Shown: one piece after another, positions 51,705 to 61,669 of the stretch
How the letters are laid out: each line of letters opens with the position of its first letter
Position numbering within the stretch: the stretch's first letter is position 1
Origin: Reyranella sp.
GTDB taxonomy: Bacteria > Pseudomonadota > Alphaproteobacteria > Reyranellales > Reyranellaceae
Direction: 5' to 3'
DNA: 64,000 bases
Assembly: GCA_036493235.1 (NCBI GenBank)
Contig: DASXQC010000192.1
Location: 332 to 64,331 of the forward strand
Notes under the pieces: model-generated
Database searches by the model: none
What the model saw: only the letters and a program-made list of their open reading frames with translations
What the model was told of the DNA's origin: nothing
Program-made: the position numbers and the translations under genes

Positions 51705-52693
51705 GTGTGCTTGTCGGCGAGCTCGGTATAGGCCTGCGCCGCTGCCTCGAGCGTCAATCCCTTGTCGAGAATCATCTGCCGTGGCGCGTAGGACTCCGTC
51801 TCGACGCCGCGCCAGAAGCGCGAGAAGGCATCGCCGAAATCGGCAGCGCTGGTGAACTTCTCGCCGCAGCGCTCGTCCCAGTACGGCACGGTGGTGACCG
51901 GCCTGTAGCGCACGCCGCGCAGGAGATACTCCAGGCTTTGCCAGTCGCCGCCCGGATCCCAGGCCACCACCGGCACGTTGGCCGACAGCATCTGTTCGAG
52001 CGCGATACCCTGGGTTTCGTGCGGGCTGAGATAGATCATCGAGCGCGCGGTCTGGCTCAGCGTCATCAACTCCCGCTCGCGATAGGAGCCGTAGCGCAGG
52101 TAATGAACCGATAAGCCGCGCCGGCGCAGGTCGGCCATCATCGGTTCGACCAGCTCGGCCAGGAAACGGTCGCGCTCGCGGAACAGCTTCTCGTAGACCA
52201 CCACGTCGATCGTCTTCTTGCTGTCCGCGGTGCTCGGCGCCCAGCGGTCGGTGTCGATGCCGACCGGCCACACCGAGACGATGTCGGGCCAAGACTTGGA
52301 GAACATGACCTTGACCCAGTCGCTCGGCACCAGCACCTGGCGCAGCATGTGGCGACGCGGCAAGTGCTCGTCGTCGACTGGATGATTGTAAAGCGCGGTG
52401 CCGAACATCATCGGCGTGTGATGCTCGAAGCGATGCAGCAGATGCGGCTGGCCGAGCAGGCAGACGAGGTCTTCCTGGTTGTTCTTCACATGGCCGAAGT
52501 CGTTGACCCGGTAGGGCACGCCGATGCGGTCGAGGCCTGCCGTCAGATTGAGGAACACCCGTCGCGCACCGTGGGCGCGCGCCGGACCGCGCACCAGGAA
52601 GCGCACCACGCGCCGGGGATAGCGGTCGAACGGAACCCAGCGGTCGGGATCTATTTCCTCGAAGAAAAGATTGATCGGCTGCCGAACCTTCAA
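51698..52693 (-). CDS. Glycosyltransferase (GT-B, GT4-like)
   Basis: LVPSDW, WPVGIDT and HETQGIALEQMLSANVPVV (ExxG..E-like motif). Confidence 0.7.
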   Translation of the reverse strand: MKVRQPINLFFEEIDPDRWVPFDRYPRRVVRFLVRGPARAHGARRVFLNLTAGLDRIGVPYRVNDFGHVKNNQEDLVCLLGQPHLLHRFEHHTPMMFGTALYNHPVDDEHLPRRHMLRQVLVPSDWVKVMFSKSWPDIVSVWPVGIDTDRWAPSTADSKKTIDVVVYEKLFRERDRFLAELVEPMMADLRRRGLSVHYLRYGSYRERELMTLSQTARSMIYLSPHETQGIALEQMLSANVPVVAWDPGGDWQSLEYLLRGVRYRPVTTVPYWDERCGEKFTSAADFGDAFSRFWRGVETESYAPRQMILDKGLTLEAAAQAYTELADKHTY

Positions 52694-52801
52694 CTGCTTC
52701 TACCCATCCCGGCCCTGATTGCCCGGTCTCCCTGCGCCGGCTGGATATCACAAGGACCGCTGTGATTCAGTATGGCTGCATCCCAAAATGGGGTGAGACG
52801 A

Positions 52802-54163
52802 TCACGCTGTCGCGATCTCGCTCGGCATGCCGGCGAGGATTTCGTGATAGAGCGCCGTCATTTCCGATGCGACATCGCCCATCGTGCGGCACGGCTCGAT
52901 GTTCGATGCAATTTGCGCGAGCCTGGCGCGATCGAGCGCGATCTCCTGGATCGCCGTGGCCCACGCCGCCGGGTCGTCGAACGGCAGTAGCCAGCCGTCG
53001 ACACCGTCGCGAATGCGCTCGCTGATCCCGCCGAGGTCGGCGCCCATCACCGGAACGCCGAAAGCGTGCGCCTCCAGCACCACCAGCGGGCCGGTTTCCA
53101 TGTAATTGGACGGCACGGCGAGAACGTCGATGCTGCGCAGGAACTCGGTGACCTCCGTCCGCGAGATCGAGCCCAGGAACTCGATGCGCTTGTCCTGCCC
53201 CGCCGTCAGGATGAGCTTGCGCAGATACTCAGGCTCCGTCCCGCTGCCGGCGATGCGCAAACGCAGCGGCAGTTCCCGGGGAATCTGCGCGATCGCTTCC
53301 AGCAGGATGTGCGCACCCTTGTAGTGCTCCAGGCGGCCGACGAAGCCCACGACAAGCTCGTTCGACGGTGGCTTGCGCGTGCCGCGCGCCGCCTCCTCGA
53401 CCAGGCCGCTGGCGACGCCCTGCCGTGAGACCGTGAGCTTCTCCGGCGCGACGCCGTTGGCCAGCAACCCCGAATGGACCCAGCCGCTGGGCGCCACGAT
53501 CGTCGCGCTGAGGTCGACCATCTGATGCAGCTCGTGTGCCTGGACGACCGCGCGTGAGCGGGCCGACAGCAGCGTCACCGCCCGCGACACGATCTTGTTG
53601 GTCGCGCCCACATCGAACGACATCCGCGGCAGGCGCGTCATCGCATAGGCCAGCGCCGAGGGCACACCCACCAGCTCCGACCAGCATTGGGCGCAGCGCT
53701 TCTCGTCGATCCGGCCGTCGCACGCCTGGCGGCCGTGCAGCAGCATGGTGCCGCGCATGCACAGGGCCGACGGCACATGCATGGTGACGACACAGGGAAT
53801 GCCGAGCTGCGCGATCTGCGACAGGTGGTTGAGGCCGGCGCCGCTGGTCCAAGAATGGAGGTGGAAGATGTCCGGGCGGTTCTCGAGGATCAGCTCCTGA
53901 AACTTGCTGAGGCCGGCTCGTGGGCGCGTCGGCGCGTATTCGCGGACGCTCGCCCAGTTGCTCGGGTAGCGGATCACCGGCACGCCTAGCCAATCGTACT
54001 GGCGATAGACCTCGTTGGTCGCCGCAATGACGTACCCGTCGACCTCGCGCTTGGCGAGCTCCGACAGGAGGTCCTGCACATAGACTTCTGTTCCGCCGAC
54101 CATGTCGGGAAAATAGAATCCGACACAGTGGGCGATCCGCGGCCTCCGGCCGACCGGCGCCAT
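52802..54163 (-). CDS. GT4 glycosyltransferase
   Basis: VGGTEVY, FVGRLEHYKG and ETGPLVVLEAHAFGVPV; start at the TGATG overlap (the ORF-track extension to 54847 overlaps the GT2). Confidence 0.88.
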   Translation of the reverse strand: MAPVGRRPRIAHCVGFYFPDMVGGTEVYVQDLLSELAKREVDGYVIAATNEVYRQYDWLGVPVIRYPSNWASVREYAPTRPRAGLSKFQELILENRPDIFHLHSWTSGAGLNHLSQIAQLGIPCVVTMHVPSALCMRGTMLLHGRQACDGRIDEKRCAQCWSELVGVPSALAYAMTRLPRMSFDVGATNKIVSRAVTLLSARSRAVVQAHELHQMVDLSATIVAPSGWVHSGLLANGVAPEKLTVSRQGVASGLVEEAARGTRKPPSNELVVGFVGRLEHYKGAHILLEAIAQIPRELPLRLRIAGSGTEPEYLRKLILTAGQDKRIEFLGSISRTEVTEFLRSIDVLAVPSNYMETGPLVVLEAHAFGVPVMGADLGGISERIRDGVDGWLLPFDDPAAWATAIQEIALDRARLAQIASNIEPCRTMGDVASEMTALYHEILAGMPSEIATA

Positions 54164-55107
54164 CACACGTACCCCGGCGGCGGCTTGCGGAAGAACGCCC
54201 AGGCGCGGATCAGGCGCTCGGTCATCCGGAAGCCGAGCACGCGGTAGGCGCTGCGCAGGATCGAGCGGACCGGCGGCACGAAAGTGGGATCGAGCGTGGC
54301 GATCCACTCCGCGCCGCGCGCCGCCTCGTCGAGCTGGTTCTTCGCGAGGTTGCGCACGACCGGCCAGATCTGCGCGGCCGCTGCCCGCCGGCGGCGCGGC
54401 GTGAGCTCGCCCGTCTTCTCCAGGAGGCTGGTTGCCTTGCGGTACACTTCGAGCGTCGTCCATTCCGCGAGGCTGCGGCGAAAGCCGCCATGGCGCTGCA
54501 GGCGGCCGCCGCGGTGATGGCGATGGACGAACGCGGGCTGGCGCCAGACCGCAAGCCGCGGTCCCTTGATCGCCGCCTCGAGCACGAACATGCGATCGTC
54601 GCGCAGCGCGAATTCCTGGCGATGCGGGATGTCCTGGATGAAAGAGCGGCGGAACAGAAACGCCGAATAGTGCGAGTAGCTCACCTCGCCGAGCTGCTGG
54701 GCGACGAAGTCGTCGCAGTCGACCCACGGATGCAGCTCCTGCCGGTCGCCATCCTCGTAATAATCCCGGTAGCCGGCCACGACGATGTCCGCATCGGTCT
54801 CGCGCGCGAGCGCGAGTTGCTCGGCATTGGCCCGCGGCTCGAGCCAATCGTCGTCGTCAAGGAAGCGAATGTATTCTCCTCGCGCCGCGGCCACTCCCGC
54901 GACGACCGCCCAGTCCTTGCCCCAATTGTCCCGGCGGATGCTTACAACGTCCTTTCGGTTCTCCAGCCATTCCCGGGTGCCGTCGGTGCTGCCGTCGTCG
55001 ACCACCACGACCTCGACCTTGCAGTCGTTGGAAAAGCAGGAGTCCACCGCCTTCGGCAGCGCCCATAGCCGATTGTAGGTCGGGATGATGATCGACACGT
55101 CCGTCAT
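54163..55107 (-). CDS. GT2 glycosyltransferase
   Basis: SIIIPTYNR, VDDGSTDGT and RGEYIRFLDDDD motifs. Confidence 0.9.
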   Translation of the reverse strand: MTDVSIIIPTYNRLWALPKAVDSCFSNDCKVEVVVVDDGSTDGTREWLENRKDVVSIRRDNWGKDWAVVAGVAAARGEYIRFLDDDDWLEPRANAEQLALARETDADIVVAGYRDYYEDGDRQELHPWVDCDDFVAQQLGEVSYSHYSAFLFRRSFIQDIPHRQEFALRDDRMFVLEAAIKGPRLAVWRQPAFVHRHHRGGRLQRHGGFRRSLAEWTTLEVYRKATSLLEKTGELTPRRRRAAAAQIWPVVRNLAKNQLDEAARGAEWIATLDPTFVPPVRSILRSAYRVLGFRMTERLIRAWAFFRKPPPGYV

Positions 55108-55141
55108 CAAGGTCCGCCGGACCGCTCGCCGCTTTGCCACA

Positions 55142-56464
55142 TCAGCGATTGCCCAACCGCTCGTCGGAGTGCAGGTCGATCGACGCGTCGGCCAGCCGCT
55201 TGAAGTGCAGCGGCGCGCTCAGCCGCAGCGCGAGGGTTCCGAAGCCCTGGTCCTGACGGAAATCGTAGCCGACATCGCCCGGGTTGCAGCCGGTGACGTA
55301 GAACTGCAGCGCACCATCGACCTTGTGATCGGGGATGATGGCGGTGCTGGTGGTCTGCAGGTCGATGTTGTACTCGCCCGCGGCGAGGAACAGCCTGTCG
55401 AGCGACAGTGTGCACTCGTAGCGCCCGGTCGTCGTCGGCAGCGCAACGCTGCTGAACGGGTCCGAGGAATAGTAGCCGACCGGCAAATTGTGCTGGTCGC
55501 GCAGGACGACCGTCAGCGACATGCCGGGCATGCCGGTCGTGTCGACCACGACCTGCAGCCTGAGCGCCGTACCGGGCGTGAAGTGGTCGGTGGCGTCGCC
55601 GTTATCGTCGAGCAGCGTGGCCGAGACCAAGGTCGCGTCCTTGCCGCGGCCCCAGTTGCGGTCGGTGCCGCCCCGGCCGAGCGTCGAGGTGTAGTAGGTC
55701 AGGCCCGCCTCGACCGGACCGTCGAAGGCGAGCTTGCCGCCCTCGAGCACGATGCTGCGCTTGGTGAGCGCGCGAACCGCCGCGAAATTGTGGCTCACGA
55801 ACAGCACGGTGCGGCCGCTGCCGGCCACCTCCGACATGCGGTTGATGCACTTCGACTGGAACTCGGCGTCGCCGACCGACAGCACCTCGTCGACCACCAG
55901 GATCTCGGCCTCGAGGTGGGCCGCGACCGCGAAGGCCAATCGTACGTACATGCCGACCGAGTAGCGCTTGACCGGCGTGTCGATGAACTTGGCGACGCCC
56001 GAGAACTCGACGATCTCGTCGAAGCGGCGGCGCATCTCGGCGCGGCTCATGCCCAGGATGGCGCCGTTCAGGAAGATATTCTCGCGGCCGCTCAGCTCGG
56101 GATGGAAGCCGGTGCCGACCTCGAGCAGGCTGTTGACCCGGCCGTTGATCTCGACCCGGCCCTCGGTCGGCTCGGTGATGCGCGACAGGATCTTGAGCAG
56201 GGTCGACTTGCCCGCACCGTTGTGACCGATGATGCTGACCAGCTCGCCGCGCTTGATCTCGAAGTTGAGATCGCGCAGCGCCCAGAACTCCTCGATCTGG
56301 CCGGTCACGCCGCGAGAACGGCCCTTGACCATGTCGGCGGTGCGCCGGAACAGCGCCCGGGCACCGCGAGTCATCACCTCGCGCAGCAGGGGATCCTGCT
56401 CGACCTGATGACCGATGATGAACCTCTTGCTGAGGCCGGTTGTGCGGATGACCGTGTCGCTCAT
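55142..56464 (-). CDS. wzt: Polysaccharide ABC transporter ATP-binding protein with a C-terminal Wzt_C domain
   Basis: FWALRD, GHNGAGKST, LLEVGTGFHPELSGREN, YSVGMYVRLAF and DEVLSVGD; about 170-aa beta-rich C-terminal extension. Confidence 0.93.
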   Translation of the reverse strand: MSDTVIRTTGLSKRFIIGHQVEQDPLLREVMTRGARALFRRTADMVKGRSRGVTGQIEEFWALRDLNFEIKRGELVSIIGHNGAGKSTLLKILSRITEPTEGRVEINGRVNSLLEVGTGFHPELSGRENIFLNGAILGMSRAEMRRRFDEIVEFSGVAKFIDTPVKRYSVGMYVRLAFAVAAHLEAEILVVDEVLSVGDAEFQSKCINRMSEVAGSGRTVLFVSHNFAAVRALTKRSIVLEGGKLAFDGPVEAGLTYYTSTLGRGGTDRNWGRGKDATLVSATLLDDNGDATDHFTPGTALRLQVVVDTTGMPGMSLTVVLRDQHNLPVGYYSSDPFSSVALPTTTGRYECTLSLDRLFLAAGEYNIDLQTTSTAIIPDHKVDGALQFYVTGCNPGDVGYDFRQDQGFGTLALRLSAPLHFKRLADASIDLHSDERLGNR

Positions 56465-56465
56465 G

Positions 56466-57311
56466 TCAGATCATGTCCGCAAAGCCGCGCTCGATGCGCC
56501 GGAAGGTGCTGATGCCGAGCCACAGGAAGAATGCGGTGACGCCGAGGCTGAGCAGGAAGCCCGGCAAGTAGATCGGGCTGTCGCCGCCGACGATGCACCA
56601 GCGGAAGCCGTCGATGATGCCGACCATCGGATTGAGGTTGTAGAGCAGCCGCCACTGTTCCGGCACGACCGAGCTGGGGAAACCGACCGGAGAGACATAG
56701 AGGCCGAACTGCAACGCGAAGGGGACGACAAAACGGAAGTCGCGATATTTTACGACGATTGCCGCCGCCCAGATCGCCGGCCCGAGGCTCGCCAGCACGA
56801 TCAACAGGACGAACAGGGGCAGCAACAGTATCTGCCAGCCGGGCACAAAGGCGTACCAGATCATCAGGCCGGCCAGGATCGCCAGGCTGACGCAGAAGTC
56901 GATGACCGCGATCAGCACCGTTGCCAGCGGCACGATCATGCGCGGAAAGTAGACCTTGCTGATCAGGTTGGAATTGGAGATGACGCTGTTGGAGGCGTCG
57001 TTCAGCACTGCGGCGAATAGCGTCCACGGCAACAGCCCGCCGATCACCACGAGCGCATACGGCACCGACGAGTTGCTCTGCAGCCTGGCGATGTGCCCAA
57101 ACACGACCGTGAAGACGACCATGGTGAGGAACGGGCGGATGAAGGCCCAGGCGATGCCGACCGCGGTTTGCTTGTAGCGCACCGACACGTCGCGCCAGGC
57201 GAGGATCAGGAGAAGCTCGCGATAGCGCCACAAGTCCTGCCAGTACTGACGGTCGGCCCGGCCTGCCTCGAGGACGACCTGGGTCGACAAAGGACGATCG
57301 GAAATACTCAT
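56466..57311 (-). CDS. wzm: Polysaccharide ABC transporter permease
   Basis: LWRYRELL..RD..VRYKQT, SKVYFPR, YRDFR and LNPM motifs; start 57311 or 57335. Confidence 0.93.
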   Translation of the reverse strand: MSISDRPLSTQVVLEAGRADRQYWQDLWRYRELLLILAWRDVSVRYKQTAVGIAWAFIRPFLTMVVFTVVFGHIARLQSNSSVPYALVVIGGLLPWTLFAAVLNDASNSVISNSNLISKVYFPRMIVPLATVLIAVIDFCVSLAILAGLMIWYAFVPGWQILLLPLFVLLIVLASLGPAIWAAAIVVKYRDFRFVVPFALQFGLYVSPVGFPSSVVPEQWRLLYNLNPMVGIIDGFRWCIVGGDSPIYLPGFLLSLGVTAFFLWLGISTFRRIERGFADMI

Positions 57312-57406
57312 GCTGCTCGATTCATACTCATGCACGTGGTCTTCGCACCACAGCCTTTACACTGGCCGATCGGTGATTTTGAAGTGATTGCCGCATCGCC
57401 ATGATC

Positions 57407-58534
57407 TCATAGCCCGGCCAGGAACGAGCGCATCTGGGCGGCGACCGATTCGACCGTGGGAGAGGTCGCCACGGCGCGCTGCACCTCATGGCGCGAGTGC
57501 TGTGCGGCCGCCGGGTCGAATTGGCAGGCGGCGACGAAAGCCTCCGGCGTATCGACCTCCAGCGGCCCGCCCTCGCCCCACACATAACCGCGCCGCCCCG
57601 GGGGCGTCGTCACCACCGGGATTTCCCAAGACAATCCCAGAGCGAGCTTGGTGCTCGCGCCGCGCGGCAGGCAGAAGATCGGATGGAGAAACGCAGTCCA
57701 GGTCGCTGCCTCGACCGCGAGCGCGGCATCGTCGAGCGCACCGAGGACCTCGACATGCGCAAACCGGGAGCGCAGCCACTCGGCGATGTCCATCGAGCCG
57801 ACAACCCGAACCGTCATTCCTTGCGTCTGCTGGCGGGCCATCACCTCGAGGATGGCGACCAGGCCCTCGAGGTTCGGCGCATGATCGAGCGTTCCGACAA
57901 AACCAAGGCGTCCCGGCGTCGGCTGCCACGCCAGCGGCCGGGACGTCACGACCCGCGGCAGCCAGACGACGTGCCGGCTTCCGAGCCAGTGCTCGACGTC
58001 GGCATCGAACGAGGAAATGGCGCATACGCCGTCGATGAACTGGCGGAAATGCTGCTCGGCCAGGAAGATGCGGCCGAGCAACACCGATGCTGTCGGGCGT
58101 GTCCGGCCACTGATCGGCAGACGGCCGCGGAGACGGATCATATGGAGCAGATCGGTGTGCTCGAGGCCGTGCGACAGCACGACGATCTTGCAGCGCCCGC
58201 CCAGCGTGGAGCGCAGGAAAGGGCCAAGGGCTGCCAGCACCTCCTGATTGAGGAACACGAAATCGAACGGCGTCTGGCGCGCGGCCGCTTCGATCTTCGG
58301 CAGCAGATCGGGTGCGAACGGCCTGACGAAGGGCGACGAGTCCACCAGCCTCAGCAGCGACGTCGACAGGCGCCGGTCCGGCTCGAACGGCAGGATGGTG
58401 AGATCGACATCCGCCGCCTCGATGACGTCGATGAACTCGCGCGTGCAGATCTGCACACCGCCGCCCCCACTCTTCAGGAAGTTGGACTGGCTGATGAAAA
58501 GGCCGGTCGCTCCACGCCCCTGCCCTCGGCTCAT
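57407..58534 (-). CDS. GT4-like glycosyltransferase
   Basis: GGGVQ, GFVGTLDHAPNLEG and GASTKLA..IPVVTTP.G.RG motifs; start at the ATGA overlap at 58531-58534. Confidence 0.8.
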   Translation of the reverse strand: MSRGQGRGATGLFISQSNFLKSGGGGVQICTREFIDVIEAADVDLTILPFEPDRRLSTSLLRLVDSSPFVRPFAPDLLPKIEAAARQTPFDFVFLNQEVLAALGPFLRSTLGGRCKIVVLSHGLEHTDLLHMIRLRGRLPISGRTRPTASVLLGRIFLAEQHFRQFIDGVCAISSFDADVEHWLGSRHVVWLPRVVTSRPLAWQPTPGRLGFVGTLDHAPNLEGLVAILEVMARQQTQGMTVRVVGSMDIAEWLRSRFAHVEVLGALDDAALAVEAATWTAFLHPIFCLPRGASTKLALGLSWEIPVVTTPPGRRGYVWGEGGPLEVDTPEAFVAACQFDPAAAQHSRHEVQRAVATSPTVESVAAQMRSFLAGL

Positions 58535-60111
58535 CGAGCCGACCGAGCGTAGATGCCGCTCTCCCAGGTAAAGCTGCTCCTCGACACGTGCAGCCCGAAG
58601 ATGCTGGCGTATTGCGGCAGTTTCGGCTGGATCACGAGCTTGTACTCCGGCTCGGTCAGCCAGAACGGCCGGTGCGGCTGCAGCGGATTGCCCGAACCGC
58701 CGTAGGTGACCGCCACATAGGCCAGGCGCTCTCGATTCTTCGGATCGGCCAGACCGGAGTAGGTGGTGGTCAAAGGCCGCAGCCCCTTCTCGCGCCACAG
58801 AATGTAGTTGCCGGGAGACACCGCGATCAGCTGGTCCGGCGAGGTGAGCTTCTGGCGCACGCTGTCGATGTCGGCCAACGCCCTCTTCATCGACCCATAG
58901 GAGGCGACCCGTATGACGATCTCACGAGCCCGCTGGGGAACGCTCGTCAGGCAGATGAGCGCGAACGCGCCCAGGATGGCCATCGCATAATCGCGCCGCG
59001 CGCGCGGCATCGCGCCGACCGCGACACAGGCGGCGGCTCCCAGCAGCAGCGCGGACGTCATCGCGAGGTAGTTGGGCTGATAGGGCGACGTGAACACACA
59101 CAGCGTGCTCAAGGCGAGCAAGATCAGGATCGTCCAGTCCGGCTTTTTCATTCCGAATCGGAGGCCATTCACCGCCACGGCAACGGCGAGCGGGATCGCG
59201 ACGATCACGAGTTTGGACAGGTCGACGAAGTAGTTCGGGTCACCCAATGGGAAAGCCGAAAGCCAGGTGCGCAGATCGCCTTTGAGAAGGGCGAGGAAAT
59301 ACCCTCCTCCGGTCTCGTTGCTGGTCGTGGCCCCGGTCAGGACGCCGAAGAAGGCGGAGAACCAGCCCGGAAGAAACACCGCGAATACGGCCAGAGCAGC
59401 GGCCAGGACAGCGGCGACGCCGATCCCCACGAGCAGCCCTTTCCTGATCGCCTCCAGCGATAGTCCATGGCGGCCGCAGAGCACGACCGCGACCGCTGCC
59501 AACGTCCAGATGCCAGCGAATGGCGAGACCAGCAGCACGAGCCCGCCCAGCATGCCGGCAACCACTTCCCTGTACGACAGCGATGACTGCCCCAGAACGA
59601 CGAGTGCGAAGAGGCCGATGCTGACGCCGAGGCCGTCCGGGCGGTCCGGACCCGGCAGGAAGAAATTCGCAGCGATCGCGATCACGAACAGGAGGACCGA
59701 CAGGATGGGGGCATGGCGCGAGGTCGAACGGTCGAGAAGCGGCTTCACCGCGAGGAAGCCCGCAAGACCGAGGACGATGCCCACCATTGCGTTGAACGCC
59801 TGATTGGTTATCGCCGAGACGCCGGCCAGCTTGATGAACAGGGCGAACAGCAGAGCGTAGAGTGGCGGATAGATCGCGAAGACCCGGTCGTCGAAAGTGG
59901 GATTTCCGAAGGTGAATCGCGAGACGAAACCCAGCCCGGACGCCAGGTTAATGGCGGCGTCCTTGAAATAGTATAAGTCGGTTCCGCCGAGGGCTGGCGG
60001 CACGAGCAGGCCGTCGACCACGAACCAGACCGCAATGAAGACGACGCCCCATAGCAGGGCCGTCGAGCGGCCTGCACGAGGAAGCGCCCCTTGCACGGCT
60101 TCGATCTTCAT
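58531..60111 (-). CDS. Polytopic membrane protein, possible GT-C fold transferase
   Basis: 526 aa multi-TM; acidic first loop (GTDLYYFKD), YPPLY and RPD motifs; soluble C-terminal tail. Confidence 0.5.
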   Translation of the reverse strand: MKIEAVQGALPRAGRSTALLWGVVFIAVWFVVDGLLVPPALGGTDLYYFKDAAINLASGLGFVSRFTFGNPTFDDRVFAIYPPLYALLFALFIKLAGVSAITNQAFNAMVGIVLGLAGFLAVKPLLDRSTSRHAPILSVLLFVIAIAANFFLPGPDRPDGLGVSIGLFALVVLGQSSLSYREVVAGMLGGLVLLVSPFAGIWTLAAVAVVLCGRHGLSLEAIRKGLLVGIGVAAVLAAALAVFAVFLPGWFSAFFGVLTGATTSNETGGGYFLALLKGDLRTWLSAFPLGDPNYFVDLSKLVIVAIPLAVAVAVNGLRFGMKKPDWTILILLALSTLCVFTSPYQPNYLAMTSALLLGAAACVAVGAMPRARRDYAMAILGAFALICLTSVPQRAREIVIRVASYGSMKRALADIDSVRQKLTSPDQLIAVSPGNYILWREKGLRPLTTTYSGLADPKNRERLAYVAVTYGGSGNPLQPHRPFWLTEPEYKLVIQPKLPQYASIFGLHVSRSSFTWESGIYARSAR

Positions 60112-60148
60112 CGAGTTGAGCTCGAGCGCCGCTTTTCCTCACGCCTCG

Positions 60149-61669
60149 TCACGCGCGAAACCTGCGCGGTGGCGCGGCCTTGCGGCCGCCGACAGGGCGG
60201 TTGAGCCAATCGATCACGTAGGGATAACCGAATCGGGCGACGACTATGTAGACGAGCGTCGTCATGAGGATGGCGCCCAGAACCTTCGGCAGCGAAACCT
60301 CCATGCCGCCTTGGGCAACCGAGTAGACCAGCACGACGGTGGTGCCCTCCCTGACCATCCAGGGCAGTTTTTTCAGCGTCATGAAATATCGGCACGCGCC
60401 GCCCATGATGAAGCCGATCACAAAGATGCCGACCAACATCCCGGGGAAGCCGAGGTCGGCAAAATTCTCGGCCATGTAGCCCACGCTGATCGAGGTGCCC
60501 TCGCGCACCTCCTCGGTGGGATCACCCTTGGCGAGCCGTATGTAGACGTCGCTGTCCGACAGTGGGGCCTTGTCCGGGAACAGGAACCGCGGCTGCAGCA
60601 CGTGGGCCAATCCTTCGCGCCACTGCCGCATGGTTTCCGGCTCCGGATTGGCCTCCTGCACGGTGATCACCGACCCGAAGATGTCGATGTAGGCAAGCCG
60701 GATCAGAAGCGCGTAGGCCGCTCCGTTCCAGTCGACGGAACTCGGCGTAATGGCGCGGTTGCCGATATATCCCAGACGATCGCCTATCGAGACACTGATC
60801 GCCTGCGATTCATCGGAGCCTGTCGCATACTGCCGATACTCGCCTTTGACGCCCGACCAGAAAATGGCGAGCGCGACGATGATCGTCAGCCATGCGACCG
60901 ACGCGATGGACAGCGTGAACCCCCAGGGAATGCGCACCGCGAGGGCCGCCAATCCCAGCATGATGAAGATCGACTTGAAGTCGGCAAACAGGCCGGTGAA
61001 GCCGCTGATCGTCTCGAAGACCACGACGAAGAGCAGGAACTTGCCGCCCTTCCCCGTCGACATGATGTTTGAAAAGAGCAGGATGAGCACCAGCACCTTG
61101 ATATTGCGCAGTGCGCTCATCGGCTGGTCCAAGGCACCCGACAATCCACCGGCGATGCGCGCGAAAGTCACCACCGGTATCGAGGCGAAGTAGATGATCA
61201 TCATGTCGCGCGCCTGCCAGCGCATATGCTGGGTGCGCAACTGGGGCGTCGGGTCGGGAATGCGGCCCAGCGTCAGTCGCATGGCGAACGCCAGGGTCAG
61301 CAGGCTCGCCAGCGCGTAATAGTAGGCTCGTTCGACGCTGTGGCCGAAGAGGCCGCCCCCCAGTGACTCCTGGTCGGCCAGGGTTTGCAGCTCGCGCGCG
61401 TAGGTCTGCGTCCACTGCCAGATCAGGAAGAAGACGATGGCCACCGGCATGTTGGGACGCTTGATGATCGAGATCAGCATCCACGGGATCATGCCGCCGA
61501 CGGCGAAGGCGATCGGATCGCGCGTCAGAGGGCTGAACACCAGTGTAAAGACGCCGACGAAAAGGAAGACCTTCTGCAGAAAGCTGTAGTCGAGGCACAG
61601 CTGCGGTGCGGCCTTGCGCCGTGCCAAGGCCGCCCCCATGCCCGCGGGGACCTGTCGCAACGGTGTCAC
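60149..61669 (-). CDS. Polytopic membrane protein, Wzy-like polymerase candidate
   Basis: 506 aa multi-TM; large periplasmic loop with PRFLFPDK and ISVGYMAENFADLG typical of Wzy-like proteins. Confidence 0.55.
   Translation of the reverse strand: MTPLRQVPAGMGAALARRKAAPQLCLDYSFLQKVFLFVGVFTLVFSPLTRDPIAFAVGGMIPWMLISIIKRPNMPVAIVFFLIWQWTQTYARELQTLADQESLGGGLFGHSVERAYYYALASLLTLAFAMRLTLGRIPDPTPQLRTQHMRWQARDMMIIYFASIPVVTFARIAGGLSGALDQPMSALRNIKVLVLILLFSNIMSTGKGGKFLLFVVVFETISGFTGLFADFKSIFIMLGLAALAVRIPWGFTLSIASVAWLTIIVALAIFWSGVKGEYRQYATGSDESQAISVSIGDRLGYIGNRAITPSSVDWNGAAYALLIRLAYIDIFGSVITVQEANPEPETMRQWREGLAHVLQPRFLFPDKAPLSDSDVYIRLAKGDPTEEVREGTSISVGYMAENFADLGFPGMLVGIFVIGFIMGGACRYFMTLKKLPWMVREGTTVVLVYSVAQGGMEVSLPKVLGAILMTTLVYIVVARFGYPYVIDWLNRPVGGRKAAPPRRFRA

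Noticed and set aside
52802-54847. ORF-track N-terminal extensions suggesting fusion proteins (also 8960-10456, 57407-58798, 61666-63720)
   Set aside because: The extensions overlap upstream genes in another frame; the true starts coincide with stop/start overlaps
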